From positions 1 through 25,969 of the IMG/VR virus record IMGVR_UViG_3300037313_000125: a stretch of DNA of 25,969 bases, one strand, 5' to 3'. The translations under genes were made by a program, and so were the position numbers. Under the pieces are notes generated by a model, which was not told the DNA's origin, did not search any database, and was given only the letters and a program-made list of their open reading frames with translations. The stretch is from a virus (lineage: Duplodnaviria; Caudoviricetes). Positions 7,716-16,244 of this stretch are shown one piece after another (position 1 is the first letter of the stretch; every line of letters begins with the position of its first letter).

Positions 7716-9311
7716 TTAGGCAGGCTTGTACCAAACAAAAATGGGTTCGTACTTCTCCCATCTACCATTTACCTTCATGTAATTTTTAGCAGTGGGTTTA
7801 CCATCTGCTCCGATTCTGTTTGCACCAGGCATTGAAGCTAGACGCATTTTCTCAATTCCAATGAACTGCATTCCCAAGTCTCTGAGAACCTTATTACTGT
7901 CTTCTTCAAGAGGATAGTAGTTCTTTCCTACTTTGATGTCAGCGATGTTCCAAAGTAAATAACGTCCGGGTTTCAAATACTCAACACAAGTAGTCAAAGT
8001 TGGAACTAAGAATCCGTCTCTCCAACTATTATATTGAGGAAACTTTTTCAATGACTGAGTAGGATCGTCGCTATACCCCTCGCGGTTGAAGTATGGAGGA
8101 CTCGTGAAAATGAAATCAAGTTCCCCTTTAAACTTCTGGAACTCAGGAATTTCATGAACACATTCAGACCCAGAGCAGAACACCTGATAGCTATGCGTGC
8201 CCTTCATCCACTTCACAAGATTACCTTTTGTTAAGGACTTGTTAATGAAATCAGCGACGTAACCATATCGGCTCGTGTTTATTTCAGGAAGCTGATTGTC
8301 TGTATTCGGATCGGTCCCAATATAGTGAATTCTGCGATCATCCTTAACACACATCGCGCCTGAGATACGTCCACCCCAACCACTGGAAGGATCGTAGATG
8401 TTGATAACTTTCTGGTCCTTGATGTGCTCGGTATACTTCTCATACAAGAACTTGGCAATCAGAGGAGGAAAGTTTACTGCGATTTGAATATAGCCGATTT
8501 TAAAAGCGGTAAAACCATCCGGAAAAATACGACTATCGCAACGATAATATCTAATATGGTATTGAATGTCATCTTTCAGTTCCTTAACATTTGCAAGGAC
8601 ATGAGGTTCTAAAAGATGTTTAACGTCTTCAACCTCACTCTTAGATAACCACAGAAACTTGTCAGTGTCAATCTCTGTGTAGCCTGTACGTTTACCAATA
8701 CTCTTCTCAGATAGAGGACACAACCAGAAGTTATAACCTTCTGTGAGATTTCGGTATTGATAGAAATGTTCGACCCATTCTTTTCCAGACGCTGCTCGAA
8801 TAGGATTATCAAGTGAGTTGCGTTCGACGCTCTGGGAGTACTTGTAGAAGGAATCTCTGCGAAAGTGTCTGGCGAAACCTAAGTGACATCGGTTCTTGAA
8901 GCGATCTTCAGCGAATAGGTCGTAAACAGAATAGCCGCTAAACTTATCACCATCCAGGGATGTGTTATAGTTGATAGCGGCTTTCATCATCGTAGGGAAG
9001 AACTGGTTTACAGCAGAACCAACGCCTGTCTGACTGTTGAAGATGACATTCGATTGTCCATCGAGTTCATCAAGACGCTGCATCTTCGCTACAGGATATG
9101 CAGAGAGTTCCTTGAATTCTTCAACCATCTCCTCTTCAGTGCGTCCTGAAAGAGGAGGAACACCAGTTTCATCCCAAACTTGCTTTACTTTGCTGCGGAC
9201 ATCATCAACCCATTTCGAGAACTTCTTTGAATCCATGTTGAGAATTTCATGGAAAGTTGGGTTGATATACGAGTCATCTAGGATATGATAGTTTCTGGTC
9301 CAATAATACAT
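7716..9311 (-). CDS. DNA amino-methyltransferase (m4C/m6A type)
   Basis: SAM-binding motif IYDPSSGWGGR followed by catalytic motif FTSPPYF, then LKPGRYLLWNIAD. Confidence 0.88.
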   Translation of the reverse strand: MYYWTRNYHILDDSYINPTFHEILNMDSKKFSKWVDDVRSKVKQVWDETGVPPLSGRTEEEMVEEFKELSAYPVAKMQRLDELDGQSNVIFNSQTGVGSAVNQFFPTMMKAAINYNTSLDGDKFSGYSVYDLFAEDRFKNRCHLGFARHFRRDSFYKYSQSVERNSLDNPIRAASGKEWVEHFYQYRNLTEGYNFWLCPLSEKSIGKRTGYTEIDTDKFLWLSKSEVEDVKHLLEPHVLANVKELKDDIQYHIRYYRCDSRIFPDGFTAFKIGYIQIAVNFPPLIAKFLYEKYTEHIKDQKVINIYDPSSGWGGRISGAMCVKDDRRIHYIGTDPNTDNQLPEINTSRYGYVADFINKSLTKGNLVKWMKGTHSYQVFCSGSECVHEIPEFQKFKGELDFIFTSPPYFNREGYSDDPTQSLKKFPQYNSWRDGFLVPTLTTCVEYLKPGRYLLWNIADIKVGKNYYPLEEDSNKVLRDLGMQFIGIEKMRLASMPGANRIGADGKPTAKNYMKVNGRWEKYEPIFVWYKPA

Positions 9312-9349
9312 TCATGGGATTGTTCATAATATAGTGCTCACCTTCTCCT

Positions 9350-9592
9350 TTATTCTTCTAGTTTAACAGAGGTGAAGGGAATTGTCAAGTACGGTTGTAT
9401 TGGAACTAACACATCGAAATAAAGCTTATTATCCCTCACTTGAACATTCTCCACTTTATAACCTAAAGCTTCAAAGTTCCTAACGCAGTTACCTATAGTT
9501 TCTTCGGTTAGTTCTTCACCTATGTAATAGGGACGAGAGCACACCTTATCTGTAAGGTCGTAACAGTGGGCTATTATTTCCTCAACTGTCAT
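9350..9592 (-). CDS. Hypothetical protein (80 aa)
   Basis: Abuts the upstream stop codon in the gp46 operon. Confidence 0.65.
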   Translation of the reverse strand: MTVEEIIAHCYDLTDKVCSRPYYIGEELTEETIGNCVRNFEALGYKVENVQVRDNKLYFDVLVPIQPYLTIPFTSVKLEE

Positions 9593-9931
9593 TTAATCAT
9601 CCAATTTGAGAATTTCAGCCATCTTCATACAGTAACGGCTGATGGGGAATCGCAGTTTGTGCGGTTTAGATTGAGTGTAATCGATATTAGTCAGGTTGTC
9701 AAGATTCACATCGATAATAGAACCATTGGGCCACTTCATGAACCAATGGAACTTATCTTCAGCCAGAGGAATTCTGTGAGTCGTTGTTCCGTCTGGAGCA
9801 ACGTGAGTCTTAAGGAACTCGACTACCAAATAATCTCTGTCCTTGAGGAAGTCATCTTCAACCTGCTTGAGGGCCTTAAGAAACTTGATCTTATCCAGCC
9901 CCATGAATTTAAACAAATCGTCCTGTTTCAT
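9593..9931 (-). CDS. Hypothetical protein (112 aa)
   Basis: Starts 2 nt after the gp46 stop; AGGA SD; HW...G.IID motif. Confidence 0.7.
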   Translation of the reverse strand: MKQDDLFKFMGLDKIKFLKALKQVEDDFLKDRDYLVVEFLKTHVAPDGTTTHRIPLAEDKFHWFMKWPNGSIIDVNLDNLTNIDYTQSKPHKLRFPISRYCMKMAEILKLDD

Positions 9932-9933
9932 TG

Positions 9934-11655
9934 TTAATCCTGTGATAATACTGAGAAGTTCTTAACCTTTGTGAATCTAAGGCAATTAGAGAACTTATCC
10001 TGCAATGACTCACCTTTATGGCTAATAATGAAGATATTTACATTCTCCTCCATCTGGGAGATTAATTTCAGGAAGTCCTCTGTTCCAGCTACGTCCAGTG
10101 AAGAGTCAAGGATTTCATCCATGATTAGCAGATTCGTGCTGGCGCTGTTCTTCATTTTTGCAATGTCTCTCCAGGTGAACAGGAGACTCAAGTCGATCCT
10201 AAGTTTCTCACCTTCTGAGAACGAGGCATAAGAGAACTCGTCAAGACCTCGGCTCTTGATCACCTCATTGAAGTTTTCATCCAACGTAAAGTTCACAAAG
10301 AAGTCTAGCGAGGCAAGGTATTTGTTGACTGAACGATTGATAATCGGAAGATACTGCTTAACTACCTTGGTCTTGATACCCGTATCCTTCAGCATCAATG
10401 CAATGATATCATAGTATTGTCTGTCCTGAGCGAGCTTACCCTTTGTTTCTTCAAGGATATTCTGAGCATCAATCAACTCCTGAAGACCATCTTCATCAGT
10501 TTTCTGGACTGACTTACGGTTCTGAAGATCGGTTATTTCCTTGTTCAGCTTAGCAGTGAGACTCTGTAGAATTTTCATCTCCGTTGTCTTCTTGCTCAGA
10601 CCATCTGTAAACTTTCGGATGTCAGCGTGAATCAACTCTAAGGCTTGAATCTCAGTATTGTAACCTTTGATAGATTCCTGAATAGAGGAAACAACTTCAA
10701 TCGCCTTATCTAATTTCTCCTGCTTGGAAGTGATAATCGAATGCTTGTGGTGTTCATTTATGTCCTGTTTACAAGTAGGGCAGTTCTCATTGGTGTCGAA
10801 GAACTTGATTTCCTCGTTGATCTTTTTGATCGAGGTATTCGCTTGCGATAGGAGAGATTCTGACTTCTTCAGCTTCGAATTAATGGTTGTGATTACAGAG
10901 TACTTAGACTCAAGATCACTCAAATCCATTTTTATTTGATCAATATCCGAAATTAGCTGATTTGTAAGTTGTTGATTCTCCAGTATGTTAGCATTCTTGG
11001 TTTTGATTTCATCCTTGATATTTCGCTTGATTTCTTCGATGTACTGACGACGGAGACGCGTTTTTTCTTTGGCGATTTCGATCTGTTTCGCTACGTTGGA
11101 CATCTGTTCCTTGAGATCGTTGATGCGATTCTTGAGCACCGAGTTCATCTTGGAGAAGATTTCAATATCCAGCAGGTTCTCAATGATATGTCTGCGATCT
11201 GCGGCTTTCAATTGCATGAACGGCGTGAACGACGCGCTACCAAGAGTTACAATCTGCGTGAAGCTGCGATACGTCATTTTGAGGATATTCTTCTCAAAGT
11301 AAGCCTGGTAATCAAGATTCTTTGCATCCTGGTCAATCAGCTTATCGTTCTCGAATATTTCAAAGACGTTCGGCTTCATCCCGCGACGAACGAGATAGGA
11401 GTTCTTACCGATCTGAAACTCGATCTCAACCAGACACTCTTTGAGGTTGACTGAGTTAATTAATAACGGTTTGTTGATCGACCTGAAAGCTTTACCAAAG
11501 AGAGCAAACGTCAAGGCATCTAACAGTGTTGATTTTCCATGTCCGTTCTTTCCCACAATAAGAGTTGTAGGATGCTTATCAAGTTGGATGTCAGTGAACT
11601 GGTCTCCAGTACTTAAGAAGTTTTTGTAACGGATTCGGTTAAAAATAACTGTCAT
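9934..11655 (-). CDS. gp46: Recombination endonuclease ATPase subunit (T4 gp46, Rad50/SbcC-like)
   Basis: Walker A GKNGHGKS, coiled coils, Zn-hook CPTC, signature FSEGEK, Walker B LIMDE and ISH. Confidence 0.97.
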   Translation of the reverse strand: MTVIFNRIRYKNFLSTGDQFTDIQLDKHPTTLIVGKNGHGKSTLLDALTFALFGKAFRSINKPLLINSVNLKECLVEIEFQIGKNSYLVRRGMKPNVFEIFENDKLIDQDAKNLDYQAYFEKNILKMTYRSFTQIVTLGSASFTPFMQLKAADRRHIIENLLDIEIFSKMNSVLKNRINDLKEQMSNVAKQIEIAKEKTRLRRQYIEEIKRNIKDEIKTKNANILENQQLTNQLISDIDQIKMDLSDLESKYSVITTINSKLKKSESLLSQANTSIKKINEEIKFFDTNENCPTCKQDINEHHKHSIITSKQEKLDKAIEVVSSIQESIKGYNTEIQALELIHADIRKFTDGLSKKTTEMKILQSLTAKLNKEITDLQNRKSVQKTDEDGLQELIDAQNILEETKGKLAQDRQYYDIIALMLKDTGIKTKVVKQYLPIINRSVNKYLASLDFFVNFTLDENFNEVIKSRGLDEFSYASFSEGEKLRIDLSLLFTWRDIAKMKNSASTNLLIMDEILDSSLDVAGTEDFLKLISQMEENVNIFIISHKGESLQDKFSNCLRFTKVKNFSVLSQD

Positions 11656-12727
11656 TGATTACCTCCATGTTTACTGCTTCATCGTGGATCGAATGCATGT
11701 ACTGCTTCAAGGTCTCTTTATCGAGACTGATATCCTGCTGGTCAATATAATTGTCAAGGATCGTGATTGTATCCTGAGCTTCAACAACCTCGTCTTCTGA
11801 TTCAAAGGTTAATAGGTTGCTTTCGATGATCTTAACATCTGCGGGTTGGACTTGAAAGATAAGATCCGTGAACTTGTCAAAATAGTATGGATTGGTCTTA
11901 TTCTGAACAATCACCTTCACATAGGAGTTTGAAAACTGAGAAGGAGGCGTGAGTTCTTTCAGGAGTTTATCGAGCGTCTTACCTTTGTCGTCATATGTGA
12001 TACTGTGGAACATCTTGTAGGGATTCTGAATGAATTCAAATTCCAGAGTGTTCAGATCGAGAATATGAAAGCCCTTAGGATCACCAAGATCGGAGAATGT
12101 CATCTCGTAAGGCTGACCAAGATAGTGAATGTTCTTGTCCGAACTCTTGTGATGAAAGTGTCCACTCAATACAAGGTCGAATCGTTCAAACGGATCACGT
12201 GTCATACCAACATCACATTTCGAGTCCATTTTGTACTTCTTGAATCCTGCAATCTCAAGATGCCCAACCGCTAACTTAGCTTCACTCGTGGAGAGTTCAG
12301 CCATGAAGACATCTTCATTAGACTGATTTCTCCAAGGAAGAAGCAGAACTTTCACTCCATCAATTTCAATCGTTGAAGGTGAGCTATGAACTTCTACGTT
12401 ATCCCAACCACCAAGAAGTTCTTGAGGAGAGTTGGTCTTGTTCGTGTTATTGTAGTAACAATCATGATTCCCGGCTGTCACGATCATTCTACAACCCATA
12501 TTCTCAAGAGGATGTAAGAACTGCTGGCGATAGAGGTTCAGAATCTGTAGATTGACCGTCTTCCTCTTGTCAAACACATCACCCAAGTGTAGAATAGTTT
12601 TGATGTCATTCTTAAGAAGGTAAGGGAAGAAAATATCCTGGTAGAATTTGTTGAAGTAATCGAAGACCACTAAACTATCGCCGCGTGCCCCAATGTGGGT
12701 ATCTGTGATGACCGCAACTCTACTCAT
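11639..12727 (-). CDS. gp47: Recombination endonuclease nuclease subunit (T4 gp47, Mre11/SbcD-like)
   Basis: Metallophosphoesterase motifs DTH, GDVFD, GNHD, GH and SGHFH. Confidence 0.97.
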   Translation of the reverse strand: MSRVAVITDTHIGARGDSLVVFDYFNKFYQDIFFPYLLKNDIKTILHLGDVFDKRKTVNLQILNLYRQQFLHPLENMGCRMIVTAGNHDCYYNNTNKTNSPQELLGGWDNVEVHSSPSTIEIDGVKVLLLPWRNQSNEDVFMAELSTSEAKLAVGHLEIAGFKKYKMDSKCDVGMTRDPFERFDLVLSGHFHHKSSDKNIHYLGQPYEMTFSDLGDPKGFHILDLNTLEFEFIQNPYKMFHSITYDDKGKTLDKLLKELTPPSQFSNSYVKVIVQNKTNPYYFDKFTDLIFQVQPADVKIIESNLLTFESEDEVVEAQDTITILDNYIDQQDISLDKETLKQYMHSIHDEAVNMEVINDSYF

Positions 12728-12728
12728 C

Positions 12729-13358
12729 TTATTCCTCCATCAGAGATTCGGCTAATTTAAGGTCTTGATCGGTGATTTGGATATCGTCTGTTTCTTTATT
12801 CCCAGGAGTGAAATCAAAGTTAAGAAGATTCTTACCAGGAGATTTAATTTTCTTCTGCTTTTCCTTGATCTTCTTTTCTTCGAAATCCGTGATGATCTCA
12901 ACCATATTCTTTCTTAGGAACTGAATATAGGTGTTATCATAACTGCTATCGTCACCAGGCTGATTGACGTAATCAGAGAACTCAGAGGAGTTTTGGATAT
13001 ACTTGTACTTTATGTACAACTGAGTTTTCTCATTGTGGATACGACGCAAGAAGGCGTTGATCGTAACTCTAGTGAAGTAGGCAAATGGATTCTGTGTCTT
13101 CTGGGGATTGAACTTGTGAGCATACCTCAGGGAGTTCTCAACAGCATCAGCAACCATTTCTTCGCGAAACGGATACTTCATGAAGTTCAGCTTGAAACTC
13201 AGGCGTTCAGCGATCTTAAGGAAACACTCACCAACGTATTCGGGGACTTTGGGAAGAGGAAGATTATTCTGAAGATTGTTCTCACGGTGGTTGAGCCAGT
13301 CAACCATTGACTTGTAGAAATCAGGATTATTGATATAGTGGAGCTTTGCTCTAGCCAT
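12729..13358 (-). CDS. gp55: Late-transcription sigma factor (T4 gp55)
   Basis: HYINN, YVGECFLKIAERLS, YPFREEMVADAVEN and NPFAYFT; canonical gp55-gp47-gp46 order. Confidence 0.96.
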   Translation of the reverse strand: MARAKLHYINNPDFYKSMVDWLNHRENNLQNNLPLPKVPEYVGECFLKIAERLSFKLNFMKYPFREEMVADAVENSLRYAHKFNPQKTQNPFAYFTRVTINAFLRRIHNEKTQLYIKYKYIQNSSEFSDYVNQPGDDSSYDNTYIQFLRKNMVEIITDFEEKKIKEKQKKIKSPGKNLLNFDFTPGNKETDDIQITDQDLKLAESLMEE

Positions 13359-13431
13359 TAAAAATTCATTGCATCATATAACAGTCACCTACTCCTTGAG
13401 AGATGATTTATAGGAATAACCCTACTTCTCT

Positions 13432-13460
13432 ATTGTATAGTAGGTGACACCATATGTCAA
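13432..13460 (-). promoter_or_regulatory. Sigma70-type promoter for the gp55-gp47-gp46 operon
   Basis: TTGACA-17 nt-TACAAT, with an AT-rich UP-like tract at 13461-13492. Confidence 0.85.
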
Positions 13461-13492
13461 GAAAATAAATTCAAAATATTTTAGGAAAACTA

Positions 13493-13521
13493 TTGACTTC
13501 CCTTGTAACGGTTGCTATAAT
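13493..13521 (+). promoter_or_regulatory. Divergent sigma70-type promoter with no downstream ORF (repeat unit 1)
   Basis: TTGACT-17 nt-TATAAT with an extended -10 TG. Confidence 0.8.
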
Positions 13522-13715
13522 CTATATGTGCAACATTGATAAGAGTACTCTATGTTCCTTTAGTTCCTTAAGATACCTAATGGTACCTTAGAGTACCTCT
13601 CCATAACACTCCAGAATCACACCAGATGATGTCGTAGACGTTGAGCTACGACAGTAGCTCAACTGTATAGAGTTCCTCTCTAGAAACATCTCCCTAAAAT
13701 AATTTCATATTCCAC

Positions 13716-13744
13716 TTGACAAAGTACTTGACAAGTGTCACAAT
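13716..13744 (+). promoter_or_regulatory. Second sigma70-like promoter (repeat unit 2)
   Basis: TTGACA-17 nt-CACAAT with a TG extension; same distance to the conserved core as in unit 1. Confidence 0.6.
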
Positions 13745-13877
13745 TAGAGTGTACCGCATTGATTGAGTTACTCTATGTTCCTTTAGTTCCTTAAGGTACC
13801 TATAGAGAATACATTCCATAACACTCCATGGTGAAACGAGTCAAGCTGTGCTTGACTCGCATACTGCGTATCAGTGG

Positions 13878-14246
13878 TTAATGAATGATCTTGTCTTCAG
13901 AATCATCATAAGGTTCAGGATCTGCTTTACTCTTAGGAATCTCAATATTGGCATTCTTGAGTACTTCAGCAGCCCACTTCTTATTCAAGGACTTCACGTA
14001 ACCTGCACTCGTATCTTCATTGGGAATATCAACACTGAAGATGTCCTCATTGCTGAACGTGAAGACTCTCTCAGTTGTAAATGGATTCCAATCCATGAAC
14101 AGCAACTGGGTCGATGTCTCTAATGTGACAGATACCAACTTGATGGGATCAATCATCGTAACGCCGACGTTGCTGGCATCAACCTTCGTCCCAATCAGAA
14201 ACTCACCATTCTTAAAATGAATAACTCTAAATCTTTCCTTGTTCAT
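13878..14246 (-). CDS. Conserved hypothetical protein between uvsW and gp55 (possibly Sm-like beta fold)
   Basis: VIHFKNGEFLIG...DPIKL...WNPF pattern; AAGGA SD; syntenic position common in T4-like phages. Confidence 0.75.
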   Translation of the reverse strand: MNKERFRVIHFKNGEFLIGTKVDASNVGVTMIDPIKLVSVTLETSTQLLFMDWNPFTTERVFTFSNEDIFSVDIPNEDTSAGYVKSLNKKWAAEVLKNANIEIPKSKADPEPYDDSEDKIIH

Positions 14247-14247
14247 A

Positions 14248-15759
14248 TCATCCTTCTAAATTAACATTCACCAAACTGTAATCAAATTTCTCCTCATTGT
14301 AGAGCTTGACTCGAAAGAGGAAATGGTTCAGCGTGTGATTCTTGTGCGATTTGTACTGTAGGTTATCGGATATATCGTAGAGCTTTACATCCGTCTTTGT
14401 CTCACTCTTACGTAGTCCTCGGCCAATAGACTGAGTGACCTTGATGAGGCTCTTGTAAGGCGAAGCAAAGATAATATTGTGTAGGTTACGAATATTTATA
14501 CCCGTCGAGAAGACACCATAGGAAGCAATGATGATAGCATCTTTTTCCTTCTCTACGATGGATCGAACAGATTCACGGATCTCAGTTTCAGTCTGGCCAT
14601 AGACTAGGAATATCTTTCGATCTTCACCGACTAAGGATTTCACCATCTTGTGAAGTGTTTTACCGTGTTCTACCAAGCGAAAGAGGACAAGAGTGTTCCC
14701 TTTCAATTTGGCAGAAAGCTGAGAAATGAAGGCATTCCGTTTATTGTGTTCAATTAGGAATCGAATTTCATCATCATAGGCTGCCTGCTTCATGATCTTC
14801 TTGGTTTCATCTGAATACCTGAGGTTTAAGCAAGTGATCTTCAATTGAGCTAGGCGACCACGTTTGATGAGTTCATTCGTGGTAACGGTTTGAAACACTC
14901 TACCAAACAGACCCTGAAGAACAAGCTTATGGACCTTAGATTCATTCAAAGAACCAGTTGTTCCTATACGGTACTTCGCATACTTACACTTCTCCATAAT
15001 CACTGTTAAAGATTGAGATTGGAAGGTGTGAGCTTCGTCACCGATCACACAGGAGAAGTCATAGAACCAAGATTCTTGTTTTCTGAAGATACTCTGCCAT
15101 GTGGTGACAATGACTCGCTTTTCCGTCGTCTTGTCTTTTCCTGCGTAGATGCGGTGAATATAGTCTTCTACGTTCCAGTTCAATGGATCTTTCGCAGAGT
15201 ACTCACTGAAGTCCTTGTACATCTGTTCGACAAGAGATGTAGTCGGAACTACAATGAGAACTTTACCCTTTGTCTTTGCGAGAGCATAACGGATCATCAG
15301 ATAGATGATGAGCGACTTCCCACTACCCGTCGGAGAAACGATCAACAACCGCTTGTCATTGATCGCTTTAGTCACCGCATTGATCTGATAATCGTCTGGG
15401 GTGATGGGAACAAGCTTCCCTGAGTCGTTCGCGTGAGGGCATAAAGCAGTGCAGAACGCACCGACAGTCTCAGGTGATATCTGAGTATCATCTGTTGGGA
15501 ATCCATTAATTTCTATTGAATACTTGCGTTCCTCTGCGAAAGTGACAAGATAGGATAATAGGCCAACATACATGGTCTTCTTGTAACGATTATAGAGATT
15601 TTTCTTCCCGTCCCATGTCCGGTTCTTGTATGCAGGCATGAAGCGAGCACCAGGGACATCAAAGGTGAAGAAGTCCGCAATGTCCATCTCGACACCTGCA
15701 TCCTGAGATGTTACAACCATGTGTACGTCGTTTAGGTATTCTACGTGTATGTCAGCCAT
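14248..15759 (-). CDS. uvsW: UvsW SF2 DNA/RNA-DNA helicase
   Basis: FFTFDVPGARFMPAY..WDGK, SPTGSGKS, TTWQS, DEAH, FSTGINI and QSIGRGLR. Confidence 0.97.
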   Translation of the reverse strand: MADIHVEYLNDVHMVVTSQDAGVEMDIADFFTFDVPGARFMPAYKNRTWDGKKNLYNRYKKTMYVGLLSYLVTFAEERKYSIEINGFPTDDTQISPETVGAFCTALCPHANDSGKLVPITPDDYQINAVTKAINDKRLLIVSPTGSGKSLIIYLMIRYALAKTKGKVLIVVPTTSLVEQMYKDFSEYSAKDPLNWNVEDYIHRIYAGKDKTTEKRVIVTTWQSIFRKQESWFYDFSCVIGDEAHTFQSQSLTVIMEKCKYAKYRIGTTGSLNESKVHKLVLQGLFGRVFQTVTTNELIKRGRLAQLKITCLNLRYSDETKKIMKQAAYDDEIRFLIEHNKRNAFISQLSAKLKGNTLVLFRLVEHGKTLHKMVKSLVGEDRKIFLVYGQTETEIRESVRSIVEKEKDAIIIASYGVFSTGINIRNLHNIIFASPYKSLIKVTQSIGRGLRKSETKTDVKLYDISDNLQYKSHKNHTLNHFLFRVKLYNEEKFDYSLVNVNLEG

Positions 15760-15770
15760 GTTATCATATT

Positions 15771-16244
15771 TTAAAGACCTGCGTCGAACTTTTTGGATTC
15801 AATGGAATTTCGAATCGACCACTGTCGATCATTGATATGCTTAAGGATTCGATCCAGGGCTTTAACCTTTGCTTTCTGAGCTATTATTCTCTTTTTGGTT
15901 TCCTGAACCTCTTCATCTGAATCAACATAGATGTCGAGGTTAGAATTCAGTATTTTCTTTCCTAGTGGTTTTTCTTTGTAAACTTCTGGGTCAGCCTTAC
16001 CGGTATAATACTCAACTGCCTTCTTGATCTTCGAAGACAATGAAAGTTCCAGATTCTCTAAGATGGTCTCTTCAATCGAGTACATCTTGCTATACTTAGA
16101 AAATAAAATTGGAGCCTTGATAGACTCCAATATAAGGTTATCTGGATTTATATAGAGATCGGTTTTTGCTTCTTCGTGGATCTGTTCAAGGGTCAGCCGT
16201 ATTGATTTAGGCTGGGGGATTGTTTCCGGGTTCTTCGAATTCAT
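15771..16244 (-). CDS. uvsY: UvsY recombination mediator (start uncertain)
   Basis: ESIKAPILFSKY, EYYTGKADPEVYKEKP and INDRQWSIRNSIE..KF.AG; gp3-uvsY-uvsW synteny. Confidence 0.9.
   Translation of the reverse strand: MNSKNPETIPQPKSIRLTLEQIHEEAKTDLYINPDNLILESIKAPILFSKYSKMYSIEETILENLELSLSSKIKKAVEYYTGKADPEVYKEKPLGKKILNSNLDIYVDSDEEVQETKKRIIAQKAKVKALDRILKHINDRQWSIRNSIESKKFDAGL

Larger units (their letters stand above)
13493..13860 (+). repeat. Two imperfect tandem non-coding units, 223-bp period (promoter, 27-nt core, 14-nt box, hairpin)
   Basis: TACTCTATGTTCCTTTAGTTCCTTAAG identical at 13546-13572 and 13769-13795; TCCATAACACTCCA at 13600-13613 and 13815-13828. Confidence 0.9.

Noticed and set aside
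13546-13795. CRISPR mini-array from the 27-nt identical repeat
   Set aside because: Only two copies, 196 nt apart with further shared sequence and a promoter between them; no typical repeat ends and no cas genes in the window
14493-14500. Perfect T4 late promoter TATAAATA inside uvsW
   Set aside because: It coincides with codons of the conserved helicase motif TGINI, so coding constraint explains it; function cannot be supported from sequence alone
9934-15759. Inteins or introns in gp46, gp47, gp55 or uvsW
   Set aside because: The proteins are of normal length with contiguous motifs
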